Positions 21,007 to 30,142 of a stretch of DNA of 64,000 bases are shown here, in pieces. The notes beneath the pieces are model-generated. The model worked only from the letters and a program-made list of their open reading frames with translations, was not told the origin of the DNA and did not search any database. Position 1 is the first letter of the stretch. Each line of letters begins with the position of its first letter. The DNA comes from Candidatus Bathyarchaeota archaeon (GTDB lineage: Archaea > Thermoproteota > Bathyarchaeia > Bathyarchaeales > Bathycorpusculaceae), in contig CAVZKL010000023.1 of NCBI GenBank assembly GCA_963775895.1, positions 1 to 64,000 of the forward strand, written 5' to 3'. The position numbers were made by a program, and so were the translations under genes.

Positions 21007-21039
21007 TTCAGTCACAGTCACTAGCTATACGACGACCCC
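20954..21039 (-). repeat. Second tRNA-Pro 5' part (exon 1 + different 53-nt intron + D/anticodon-stem core) = attR of A / attL of B
   Basis: Exon 1 identical (agctatacgacgacccc), core identical; intron 20970..21022 differs in sequence but forms the hairpin GTGA..GTGACT/GGTCAC..TCAC. Confidence 0.88.
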
Positions 21040-21922
21040 AACAGCCAACAAATTATCAATCCGAGATTATAAACACTCTCATCAACGTAACCAACTCAGG
21101 GAAAGCAAAAAACACTCAAAGAGTATAGCATCATCCCTCAGACGAATAAGCAAAGGAGCAGACCTACTCAAACCTGAAGAAGTCAAAACCTACATCGCAA
21201 ACTCAACCTAGACAACCAAACCAAAAAACAGCCTAGCATTAGGATATAATTGGTTCTGCAAAACAAACGCAATTCAATGGAAACGACCATACTTCAAATG
21301 GGAGAGGAAAATACCTCTTATACCAACAACCGAAAACATCAACAAAATAATATCCGCATCGACACCGAAATACGCCACAATTTTTACAATCCTAGCCGAA
21401 ACAGGATTAAAAGCCCACGAACTAGTAACAACTGGAGACAAAGACATAGACATGACACAAGGAATCATAAACGCAAGAGGATGCAAAGGACACAACTCAC
21501 GATCATTCAAACTCAAACAAGCAACAGCAGAAATGCTGAGAGAATATCTCGCAGACTGCAACCAAGAAACACCGTTCCCATCATCACGATCAATGGGCGA
21601 AATGTGGAGAAGAACACGCAATCGACTCGCCAAAAAACTCAATCAACCAGAACTCAAAAACATATCTATGCGAAACCTAAGACACCACTTCGCCACTCAA
21701 AAATATGACCAAACCAAAGACATTCTACTACTCAAATCTCTACTAGGACACAAAAAACTCGAAACTACGATGTTCTATGTCCAGCTAATCGCACACGATA
21801 ACGACGAAGAATACACCGTAAAAACAGCCAGCAACATCAAAGAAGCCACCGATTTGATAGAACACGGATTCCAATATGTCACTGAAATGGGCAACATCAA
21901 AATATTTAGAAAACGAAAATAA
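20991..21922 (+). CDS. Tyrosine recombinase/integrase B (indels near 21118 and 21210)
   Basis: ATG in the intron copy gives MHNELIQSQSLAIRRPQQP; later ETGLKAHEL, RGCKGH, RNLRHHFAT, LGHKKLETTMFY. Confidence 0.8.
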
Positions 21923-22008
21923 CCGCCCTCTTTGTCTAACAAAACGCAAAACACAAAAGTTAAGCTAGCTAAAGTAACTCAAGCTGAATTCTTACATGAG
22001 GACGTCCA

Positions 22009-23217
22009 ATGAAGGTCTTCATAAGCTACTCATCGAAGGATGGAACTCAATATGCTAAGAAATTACGTGAAGTATTATCAGAAAGAGGACACGATGCATA
22101 CTTAGTTGACCATTCCCTATGTGTAACTGAAAACATGTGGGATGAGATAGGGAAAGAGATTCTGGGCAGAGAACGAACTATTTTTGTTATTACTGAATCC
22201 TCTCAAGAATCACGTGGTCAAAAGCAAGAGTATGATCTAGCTGTTGCTCGATACAGAAAAAATATGGCTTTGGTGAAGGAAGACTCTTGGAAAATCGTTG
22301 AAAACCGTTTTCCATTTCTGACTATTCCAAAGGGACTGATTTTCAATCAAGGAAATCTTGAAACAATTTGCGAATCTATATCAACACAATTAGTAAGACT
22401 CCAAGACCAAGAGGCAAAAGTTGAAAACATCAAAGTTAAACCCAAGCAAATAAAGTTTGAAAAGCTTGATAATAACGGTTTGGACGAATCCGAAGTTACA
22501 AAGTGTTTAGATGTTCTATCGTCTAGCTATCAAAATCAAACGATAATCCCTGAAGCTTTCTTCGTAAAAGAAGTGAAAAATGCGGGCAGTGCTTTCGTAA
22601 ACATAGGTTTCAATCATAGACTCCCCCGAGAATGGTTTTTGCCCTATGAACAAACCAACATCGAATACGCCAATGATTTCTTATTCCAACAATTTGGACG
22701 AGACATTGCATTTGCCGAAAGGGATTACTTAGTTAAATCAGTTGTTAAGACACCAAACGTGATTAACCTAGAAGCAGAACCTCAAGAACCAGATTCGCTT
22801 CTCGCTAAGATAAAGGAAGGCATATCAATCATAGAAAAAGCAGGACATAAGCCAAGAGTGATTTTTCCATCAATACCGCATTATTTGACGATGTATCAAT
22901 TTGGAAAGCTTGCGCGAGTTGAATACGATAATACAACTCCCACACCCACTTTGCGATTATCACTGAATATCGATAAACACAAACTAAAAATAATCGATCC
23001 ATTGGGTCAAATTCCCCGAGGCACTATCTTATTCGCTGATGAAGCAATAACGTGGAACGTTAAGACTTATCCAAGCCAAGGCGTTCTATATGCAGACCTT
23101 GGAAATGATAGACTGTATCCTAAAAAGTATGTAAACGCCTTAGCTTTGACATGCATAAAATGTGAAGTAAACTCTGAAAGTGCAGTAATTTTGAAGGATA
23201 AGGACATCAAGAACTAA
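22009..23217 (+). CDS. TIR-domain protein with ~260-aa C-terminal domain (possible HK97-capsid-like fold)
   Basis: KVFISYSSKD, EIGKEI..RERTIFVITESSQES...QEYDLA (catalytic Glu position). Confidence 0.8.
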   Translation: MKVFISYSSKDGTQYAKKLREVLSERGHDAYLVDHSLCVTENMWDEIGKEILGRERTIFVITESSQESRGQKQEYDLAVARYRKNMALVKEDSWKIVENRFPFLTIPKGLIFNQGNLETICESISTQLVRLQDQEAKVENIKVKPKQIKFEKLDNNGLDESEVTKCLDVLSSSYQNQTIIPEAFFVKEVKNAGSAFVNIGFNHRLPREWFLPYEQTNIEYANDFLFQQFGRDIAFAERDYLVKSVVKTPNVINLEAEPQEPDSLLAKIKEGISIIEKAGHKPRVIFPSIPHYLTMYQFGKLARVEYDNTTPTPTLRLSLNIDKHKLKIIDPLGQIPRGTILFADEAITWNVKTYPSQGVLYADLGNDRLYPKKYVNALALTCIKCEVNSESAVILKDKDIKN

Positions 23218-23258
23218 AGTCTGTATTATTCCTTGGACAAGATACAAGCAATCAAGTG

Positions 23259-23302
23259 GCTCGTGAGCCGTTTGGCTCACTCGCACGTTCCAGACGATAC
23301 GC
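23259..23302. repeat. ~44-bp hairpin-containing repeat, copy 2
   Basis: gctcgtgagcc-gttt-ggctcactcgcacgttccagacgatacgc. Confidence 0.85.
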
Positions 23303-23571
23303 GCGCTACCTCTTGCCTACCAACCGTTTTCTTATTCATATCAAGACTTTTTTTATTTTTTCAAACATGAAAAATGGATCATGACTCATCATTTTGTCTC
23401 CTTCATGTTTTTGCTTGAATTACCTTTTCTCGCAACCTCTCACCTAGCACGCACAAATAAACACAAACCATCTTCGCGCGCGCTATTCAACTACAACATA
23501 TCCTAGCGCCCGCTAGTGTCATACAATTATGCGGTTGAAGTGGGCACTCTCAAAGCCTTCGCGCGCGCGAT

Positions 23572-23925
23572 TTACTTTGTGGTTATTGTGTACTTACATC
23601 CGAGCGGCGTCAGTACATTTTCAATCTTTTCGATCAAATTGCGCAATTGCTCTCCATCTGGTTCTGTTGCCCATTCAAAGAAGAAATCATAGTCTCCTAG
23701 AGTATAACCCGATTTGCTCACAGAAATTTTAGATTTCTCCTTGTATTTTTCTCCTAAACCTATCGGTCCTTCTTCCTCTGGCGCGACCCTAGTTCTTGCT
23801 ATAGGTATAAATCCCAGAATATAGTGATAGTAAAAAGAAATCTCAGGCATTTCACGTGCAACTTTTTCTAATTCATCTAAAGCCTTCAATACAGGTGGAC
23901 CATAAATCTTAATGTAACTCTTCAT
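23572..23925 (-). CDS. Hypothetical protein
   Basis: Clean 117-aa ORF with ATG and upstream TATA-like element. Confidence 0.6.
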   Translation of the reverse strand: MKSYIKIYGPPVLKALDELEKVAREMPEISFYYHYILGFIPIARTRVAPEEEGPIGLGEKYKEKSKISVSKSGYTLGDYDFFFEWATEPDGEQLRNLIEKIENVLTPLGCKYTITTK

Positions 23926-24099
23926 TCTTATCGATATTAGAAAATCAAGCTAACCTTATAAATCTCTCTAGTACGAAAGATTCCTTTCTCAGGTAGCGCA
24001 CGCCTTGATAAATCCAACCATCAGCAGTGCCACACGCGCGTTCTGAGATCGAAAATTACTTTAGGATGCTACTCCGTTTACTCACGGGAGAACGCGAGT

Positions 24100-24537
24100 T
24101 TGAGTCTACGCTATCTTGCCTTTATCGTGTTCCTCATAAACTTCATTTTTGTCCTGGTTGGTGCGATTTTCGCTTTCATGTCGATTGCTCAGCTGGGAGA
24201 ACAATATAGCTGGGCGAACCTATTCGTCATATGGGTAATCTTGACTGCTTTCTGCCTCGTAGCCGTATCTTTATGGGTCGCCCAAGACGGCGGAGACATC
24301 TCCTTGATACAGCGCAAAATATCAGAAATGACACAATCAGCCAAAAAAGAAAACGAAGTGACCCCGTCCGTCGAAAGCCCTGCTACAACCGAAACCATCG
24401 ATCAGAACCTTGTAGAAAAACTGTCCAAGAAATACCTAAACCCTGAACAGGCCTTGAAACACTTAATAGACCTTAAGACGAAACAAGGAAAAACCCGAGA
24501 ACAAGCAATAAAAGAAATAGAAGAAGAAAACACGTAA
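24100..24537 (+). CDS. 2-TM membrane protein with charged C-terminal tail
   Basis: Two hydrophobic helices, then helical GKTREQAI tail. Confidence 0.6.
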   Translation: MSLRYLAFIVFLINFIFVLVGAIFAFMSIAQLGEQYSWANLFVIWVILTAFCLVAVSLWVAQDGGDISLIQRKISEMTQSAKKENEVTPSVESPATTETIDQNLVEKLSKKYLNPEQALKHLIDLKTKQGKTREQAIKEIEEENT

Positions 24538-24785
24538 CACTCCGACCAGTGTTTGCTTTTCTCGCTGTTTGAACGCATAGCGCCGCTCAATTCGTTAAGT
24601 CTCGTACGCGCACTACATAAACACAAAATTCTCCTTTTTCTGCTCAGCATCATGCTTAACCATTATGTCGTGCTCGCATCACGCTCGCGCTTCCCTAAAA
24701 AGCTTCAAGAACCAACCACCGTCATAACTCCACCGAGTTTTAGAGTAACCGCGCGTGTTGTATCAAATCAACCAGGTGATCAAAA

Positions 24786-25022
24786 CTAAGGTGGTGGTGG
24801 AGTTTGAGGTATTTTCTTTTCTAGCCTAACTATGTAACCGATTGCTCCCAGCACTCCGAAACTAAAACCCAAATAGAAGAACCCCATAGTGAAAAAAGCT
24901 TGCGCGCTAAGAAATGGGTTATTTGTAGAAGGAATATTGTTGCTTCTTGACAAGCCAATCAAGACGACGCCAATCAGGATACAAGCACCCGCTACGACAA
25001 GAACCTGATGTGAATCCTTCAT
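24786..25022 (-). CDS. Small 2-TM protein with poly-Pro tail
   Basis: Hydrophobic helices, C-terminal PPPP. Confidence 0.5.
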   Translation of the reverse strand: MKDSHQVLVVAGACILIGVVLIGLSRSNNIPSTNNPFLSAQAFFTMGFFYLGFSFGVLGAIGYIVRLEKKIPQTPPPP

Positions 25023-25206
25023 AGATTCAACCCATAGTTACAAAGGTTCAACCATCTTATATTATTTCATCTCTCAAGAAGTCTTAAATCTGCACAGCGC
25101 GCGCGAGACTATCATATTGCGAGAGCCACAGTTTTTATGCTGATGCGAATTAGTTATTCAACGGTTTACTGCCACGCCACAAAAAAGAAGAGAATCGTGA
25201 ACGATC

Positions 25207-25947
25207 GTGAAACCGAAACATAGGTACATACGGGGCCACCCAGTCGCACTTCTTGTGGGTTTTGAACAGGATCACGCAGTTCTGTGGCAGGTGTTCAGTC
25301 ACGTCATAAAACCGTACCTGACGTTGAGACTCGCAGGAACGAGGAAAAATGGACGGGCTCTCTACGATCTTCACGAATCCGTTATAAAAGCGCTAAAACC
25401 AGTGCTCAAAGAGGGCGTGAAGAGCATAATAGTTACAGCTCCGATGAAAACCACTTACGCCTCCGACTTCCTGAGTCACGTTCGAAAACATCACGCCTAC
25501 CTAATTCAATCAAAAGGTCCCAACAGAGCGACCTTCGCTGAGTCAGTCGGCTCAGCGGATCTGCCTCACTCGGTGGCCGAACTGGTGAAAACCAAAGAAT
25601 TTCGAGAATCAATCGCAGAGACGACATCAGGAGAAGCCGATTACATCATCACCGCTCTCGAGAAGGTTCTCAGCCAACCAGACGGCACCCGACTCGTCCT
25701 ATTCTCACTCAAAGAAATCGAAGACAAGATCTATGATCGAGAGAAAAGAGATGACTTCAGCGCTACTTACCTGGTGCTCACGGACGAGTACATTGCTGAA
25801 AGCGAGAACAAGAACAGAGTTCAAAGATTACTGCAGATTTCAGCGAACAAGAAGGTGAAAACTAGAGTGATCGAGGCAAGAACACCAGCGGGCAAACGAA
25901 TCACCCAGTTTGGAGGGCTGGTCTTCTTCACAATGGCAATCAAGTAG
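25207..25947 (+). CDS. Pelota/aRF1-like protein lacking the N-terminal domain
   Basis: SIIVTAP (domain 2), LVLTD, and C-terminal TPAGKRITQFGGLV match the eRF1 domain 2/3 signature. Confidence 0.6.
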   Translation: MKPKHRYIRGHPVALLVGFEQDHAVLWQVFSHVIKPYLTLRLAGTRKNGRALYDLHESVIKALKPVLKEGVKSIIVTAPMKTTYASDFLSHVRKHHAYLIQSKGPNRATFAESVGSADLPHSVAELVKTKEFRESIAETTSGEADYIITALEKVLSQPDGTRLVLFSLKEIEDKIYDREKRDDFSATYLVLTDEYIAESENKNRVQRLLQISANKKVKTRVIEARTPAGKRITQFGGLVFFTMAIK

Positions 25948-26014
25948 ACACACGGTGCTACACAGAGGAACGAAGAGATAAGCAGAAATAGGCAATTCCG
26001 CTCGTAGCCTTTTC

Positions 26015-26374
26015 GTGAAAAAGTTGTCAATCTGGAATGCGTCAGAATGGAACTTCAGAATATCCAGTACGCGTAACATCTTGGTCAAGAGCAAAAACGT
26101 GAATCAGCGAAAGATACTCGCCGAAGACGTTTCAACCAAACGTCCGTTTGTTCTCGATGCTTCCGAGAACGTCCCAATCAGAACAATAAAAGTTGGCAAA
26201 GAGTACCTCGCGACGTTTAAAATCTACACCGCCAAGTCAGCCGAAGGCGTGAAGACAGAATTTGTCGAGTTCTTTCATGCACTTGACGTGGATCGACCCG
26301 CAGAAGACTTCCTCGACGCGGCCTGCAACTACCCGATGCTGATCAAATTTGAACTGGTAGAAATAGAAAGCTAG
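26015..26374 (+). CDS. Hypothetical protein
   Basis: Clean 119-aa ORF. Confidence 0.55.
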   Translation: MKKLSIWNASEWNFRISSTRNILVKSKNVNQRKILAEDVSTKRPFVLDASENVPIRTIKVGKEYLATFKIYTAKSAEGVKTEFVEFFHALDVDRPAEDFLDAACNYPMLIKFELVEIES

Positions 26375-26392
26375 CGACAACTCTCGAAAACC

Positions 26393-27460
26393 TTAAGCTC
26401 GTGAAGAGGGAAAACGAAACATAAACCAGAAACCTTTGCGAGAGACAACCACGTGTCTCAGACACGCATCGTGCGCTTGTTTTGAAAACGCGTAACCATT
26501 GCACAAGAGGAGGCAGCCAACACGAACGATAGAAGCGAAAGGGCCAGATGGAAATTCGGGAATCGCGACGAACGGAGTTTCTAGGGTGAACTCGTTATCT
26601 GGGTCAGTCACAAACTGTCCCGCGTAGGGTTCGTATGTTTTGACGTTTATTTTTCCTTGTGTCAAATCAAAAGTCAAGATTCTCACGGTTGCCCCTCCTT
26701 TCTGATCGTCAAGATTCTGACGATCGAAGAAAAGTTCATCACGTTCGTCAACCCTTGTCCTGTTCGCGTTTCCGTTAGAGTAGTAGTGGCCATTCAAGGT
26801 CATGAAAACGTTTGAGTGATTCGCCAAGACAGTGTCTTGTAATCTGAGCGCCCATGCATCGTAACCGCAGGTCTCATCAATATAAGCGTGGGTTGCAAGA
26901 ATAACGTGAGAGTTCGGATGGGCGTCGAGAACATCGTTTGCCCATTGAAGCTCGCTCGAGTTTGCGTGGAATTCGACGTTAACTATGAGAAAATTGTAGC
27001 CAGAAAAATTGAAGGAAACTGCGGTGTTCTTTCCGTCAAAAGAGTCTCCGGTCCAATACGCTTTCTGTTCCATCAGAGTTACATTAAACGCAACGAAGTC
27101 TTTTCCGTTCCATGAGCCTGCAGACTGATCGTGGTTTCCAGCATCCCAACAGTAAGGAATGTCGTTGTCCAACAAGATACCCATCGAATGGTTAGCGTTT
27201 TTCCATTGAGACAGATCTGTGGCGTAGTTGATTATGTCGCCGGTGTGCACCACCATCTTGACGTTGTAAGCGTCCCTGTTGTTAACTATCCACTGGCACA
27301 TGCTGTCAAAATAGTCAGGATACGTCTGTGAAAGATACTGCGTATCGGTAATCCAAACCACTGAAAAAGTGGATTCTGAAGCCAAAGCTAAAGGCATCAA
27401 TAAACAAACAGTCAAGAGTGCAGACGACAAGACGAACAGGAACAAGTGCGACTTATGCAT
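26393..27460 (-). CDS. Secreted calcineurin-like metallophosphoesterase with PEF-CTERM-like tail
   Basis: Signal peptide from MHKSH; DTQ, HTGD, GNHD, THAY, GHY motifs; VAIPEFPS then hydrophobic stretch (3' end probably frameshifted). Confidence 0.75.
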   Translation of the reverse strand: MHKSHLFLFVLSSALLTVCLLMPLALASESTFSVVWITDTQYLSQTYPDYFDSMCQWIVNNRDAYNVKMVVHTGDIINYATDLSQWKNANHSMGILLDNDIPYCWDAGNHDQSAGSWNGKDFVAFNVTLMEQKAYWTGDSFDGKNTAVSFNFSGYNFLIVNVEFHANSSELQWANDVLDAHPNSHVILATHAYIDETCGYDAWALRLQDTVLANHSNVFMTLNGHYYSNGNANRTRVDERDELFFDRQNLDDQKGGATVRILTFDLTQGKINVKTYEPYAGQFVTDPDNEFTLETPFVAIPEFPSGPFASIVRVGCLLLCNGYAFSKQAHDACLRHVVVSRKGFWFMFRFPSSRA

Positions 27461-27537
27461 CCTTGACCCACTCACTCGAACGCGGGGCAAACTTTCTCTT
27501 CGGACCCATTGATTTGTCTTAGACAGCTGAGAGCGGG

Positions 27538-27857
27538 CTAAGGTTGCTGGGTCTGTCCGAAAAGGTTCTGCAGGACCTGTGCTGAAGTGAAGAGGGCACG
27601 GTTGCCTCCAACGTAGTATGCAACTCTCAGGGCTTCGATGATCTCGTCTTTTGAGGCTCCGAGTTTGAGTGCTCTTCGGCCTAAGGCGGTGGCACCTTGT
27701 GCAGAGCCATGTTCTGCGTCGATGGCTAAGGGCTATCAGAGTTTTGAACTTCTGGGGCAGCGCCCCTTCAGAAAAAGGCCAGTTCCTGAAGCTTGTGGAA
27801 GGATTCAACTACTCTCGGATCAAATTCCCTATAGACGTCCAGTGGGTTTGCGGGCAC
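27538..27857 (-). CDS. Carboxymuconolactone decarboxylase/AhpD-family protein (frameshifted, not in ORF track as such)
   Basis: Joined frames: EGALPQKFKTLIALAIDAEHG...ALKLGASKDEIIEALRVAYYVGG. Confidence 0.7.
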
Positions 27858-28080
27858 GTCACCACCTATGATGTCAATAGCAAGGCCATCAGGAAATAAA
27901 GCTTCGTGTCAACGTACCGAAGATCATCTGACCTCTGGCACCATGCTAAAAGTCAAACAGCAAAACTCATCTGTGATACAACCAAGCTATTCCATACAGC
28001 GGGATATTGTAGTTTTGGGAAGAATTCCTTTTTATCTGAATACGGAAGCTACACGTGAAAGGAGAAGGCGAGACGGGAGA

Positions 28081-28290
28081 ATGATAGAAGAAAAGGCGAA
28101 GGAACTGGACCAAGAAGTCCTGGGGATGTTCAGAAACTCGTACATGAGGCGTTATGAGAGGTGGAAGAGGAGAGACCTGCTTCTCGTTGCGCTTCAAACG
28201 ATGCCCAAACAGGTCAAAAAAGAGAAAGTGATTGACCATCTGATAGAGCTGAAATCTGAATTCTCAAAAAGATTGAAGGATGAAACCTAG
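28081..28290 (+). CDS. Small hypothetical protein
   Basis: MIEEKAKELD..., GGAGA just upstream. Confidence 0.4.
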   Translation: MIEEKAKELDQEVLGMFRNSYMRRYERWKRRDLLLVALQTMPKQVKKEKVIDHLIELKSEFSKRLKDET

Positions 28291-28710
28291 AGCTCTGACG
28301 ATCTTCTAAATAAGAAGGCTATCCTGCATAGTCTCATCACATAACAGTCCTAGTTGAGCCTTCGCAATTCTTGAAACGAAGGAAGGCTCGTAATCAAAAG
28401 CAGGGGCTATGGATCTCAAAAGCGTCAAATGGGAAATTCATTTCTCCACGTTTATCGGCAACATTCAGGCTTGCTTTCACCTGATTTTCACTGACTTTGC
28501 CAGTTCACGCTAAGAAAACTGTGCGATAATTATCTCTAAATCCTTCTGCAGCTGAAAACGTATTGTCTTTCTAAGAAAGACCCTAGAAGAACTGTTTTAG
28601 CTTCCAACCTACGTGGGAACTCTTCAGAGGGTTACAACAACCTTATATGTCAACGAGCTAGCATGGCAAAACAGGGCTTAATTCCAAAAGTTATGAACAG
28701 GGGCTATTGC

Positions 28711-29916
28711 ATGATAAAAGACATCTCAGTTTTCTACTCCAAGAACGCTAAGAACATGAGACGTTCGGAAATAAGGGAACTTCTGAAATTCACGCGTCGA
28801 CCAGACATAATCTCCTTCGCAGGAGGCCTCCCAGCACCAGAAACTTTTCCTGTGAAGGACATAGAGGACATATCCTGCCAAATCCTTCGAGAGAAAGGCG
28901 ATTTAGCCCTTCAGTATGGTCCAACAGAAGGAGAAGGGATCTTTCGTGAACAGATTGGCAGTTGGATGGCACGAGAAAAACCGACGATTAAGGCGGAAAA
29001 TATCCTCGTCACCTCAGGGTCCCAACAGGGTTTAGACATTATAGGCAGAGTCTTTCTGGACCCAGGCGACATTGCAATCGTTGAACTCCCCACGTACATA
29101 GGCGGTCTTCAGGCTTTCACAGCGTATAGAGCCAAGCTTGTGGGGGTAGCTCAAGATGATCAGGGAATGAGAACCGATTTGCTGGAGAAAGCGCTGAGCA
29201 AACTGGCAAAGAGAAAGAAGAAACCAAAATTCATCTACGTCGTACCTGATTTCCAGAACCCTTCCGGGGTCACTATGTCTCTGGAAAGGCGAAGAAAACT
29301 GCTGCAACTGGCTTACGAGTACGAGGTGCCAATCATAGAAGACAGTCCGTACCGAGACCTCAGATTCATGGGTGAAAAAGTCCCCGCCATATACGGACTC
29401 GACACAGACAACCAGGTCATAGTCTTGGGAACGTTCTCAAAGTTGCTATGTCCTGGGTTGCGGTTGGGTTGGCTAATGGCTCCGACGGACTGGATGGACA
29501 GAATGGTCGTTGCCAAACAGGCCATGGACCTCAATTCTCCCACGTTCACTCAACTCATCGCAGCCGAATACATTAAAAGGGGATTGTTGGTAGGTCAGAT
29601 TGACAGAATACGCAGGCTGTATGCGAGAAAACGTCAGGTAATGCTGGACGCACTGAAGAAATACATGCCGAAAGGAGTGAAATGGACCAAACCCGAAGGC
29701 GGACTGTTCCTCTGGCTTAAATTGCCGAAGAAATTGAGTGCGAACGATCTTTTCCCGAAAGCCATCGAGTACAAGATCGCCTACGTGATAGGTTCAGCCT
29801 TTTACTGCAACGGCAAAGGACAGAACACGATGAGACTCAACTTTTCTTACTCATCAGACGATCAGATCGAAGAAGGAATCAGACGTCTTGCGAAAATGAT
29901 AAAAGAAAACATGTAA
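28711..29916 (+). CDS. PLP-dependent aminotransferase class I/II (aromatic/2-aminoadipate type)
   Basis: ISFAGGLP, FQNPSG, IEDSPY, GTFSKLLCPGLRLGW. Confidence 0.9.
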   Translation: MIKDISVFYSKNAKNMRRSEIRELLKFTRRPDIISFAGGLPAPETFPVKDIEDISCQILREKGDLALQYGPTEGEGIFREQIGSWMAREKPTIKAENILVTSGSQQGLDIIGRVFLDPGDIAIVELPTYIGGLQAFTAYRAKLVGVAQDDQGMRTDLLEKALSKLAKRKKKPKFIYVVPDFQNPSGVTMSLERRRKLLQLAYEYEVPIIEDSPYRDLRFMGEKVPAIYGLDTDNQVIVLGTFSKLLCPGLRLGWLMAPTDWMDRMVVAKQAMDLNSPTFTQLIAAEYIKRGLLVGQIDRIRRLYARKRQVMLDALKKYMPKGVKWTKPEGGLFLWLKLPKKLSANDLFPKAIEYKIAYVIGSAFYCNGKGQNTMRLNFSYSSDDQIEEGIRRLAKMIKENM

Positions 29917-30142
29917 CTTTCGCGAACAGGGCACACGAATAGTTGAAGCCGGAGACCTTGCTTCTCTGCCTATCCCAATGACTGTCAGTATTGAAGGATA
30001 AGGACTCTGCATTGTCAGGTTGGAGTTTGTTGCTGGAAAATCAACTTTAACAGAATATTCCCCAAGTTTCCTTCTCTTAACAATAGTTTGATCATATGAC
30101 AAGACTTAAGAATAACCAAATCAGAAGCTCACATTCGCGTAG

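Noticed and set aside
26393-27808. 471-aa ORF as one protein
   Set aside because: The 5' 116 codons are out-of-frame read-through of a separate CMD-family gene; the real start is 27460.
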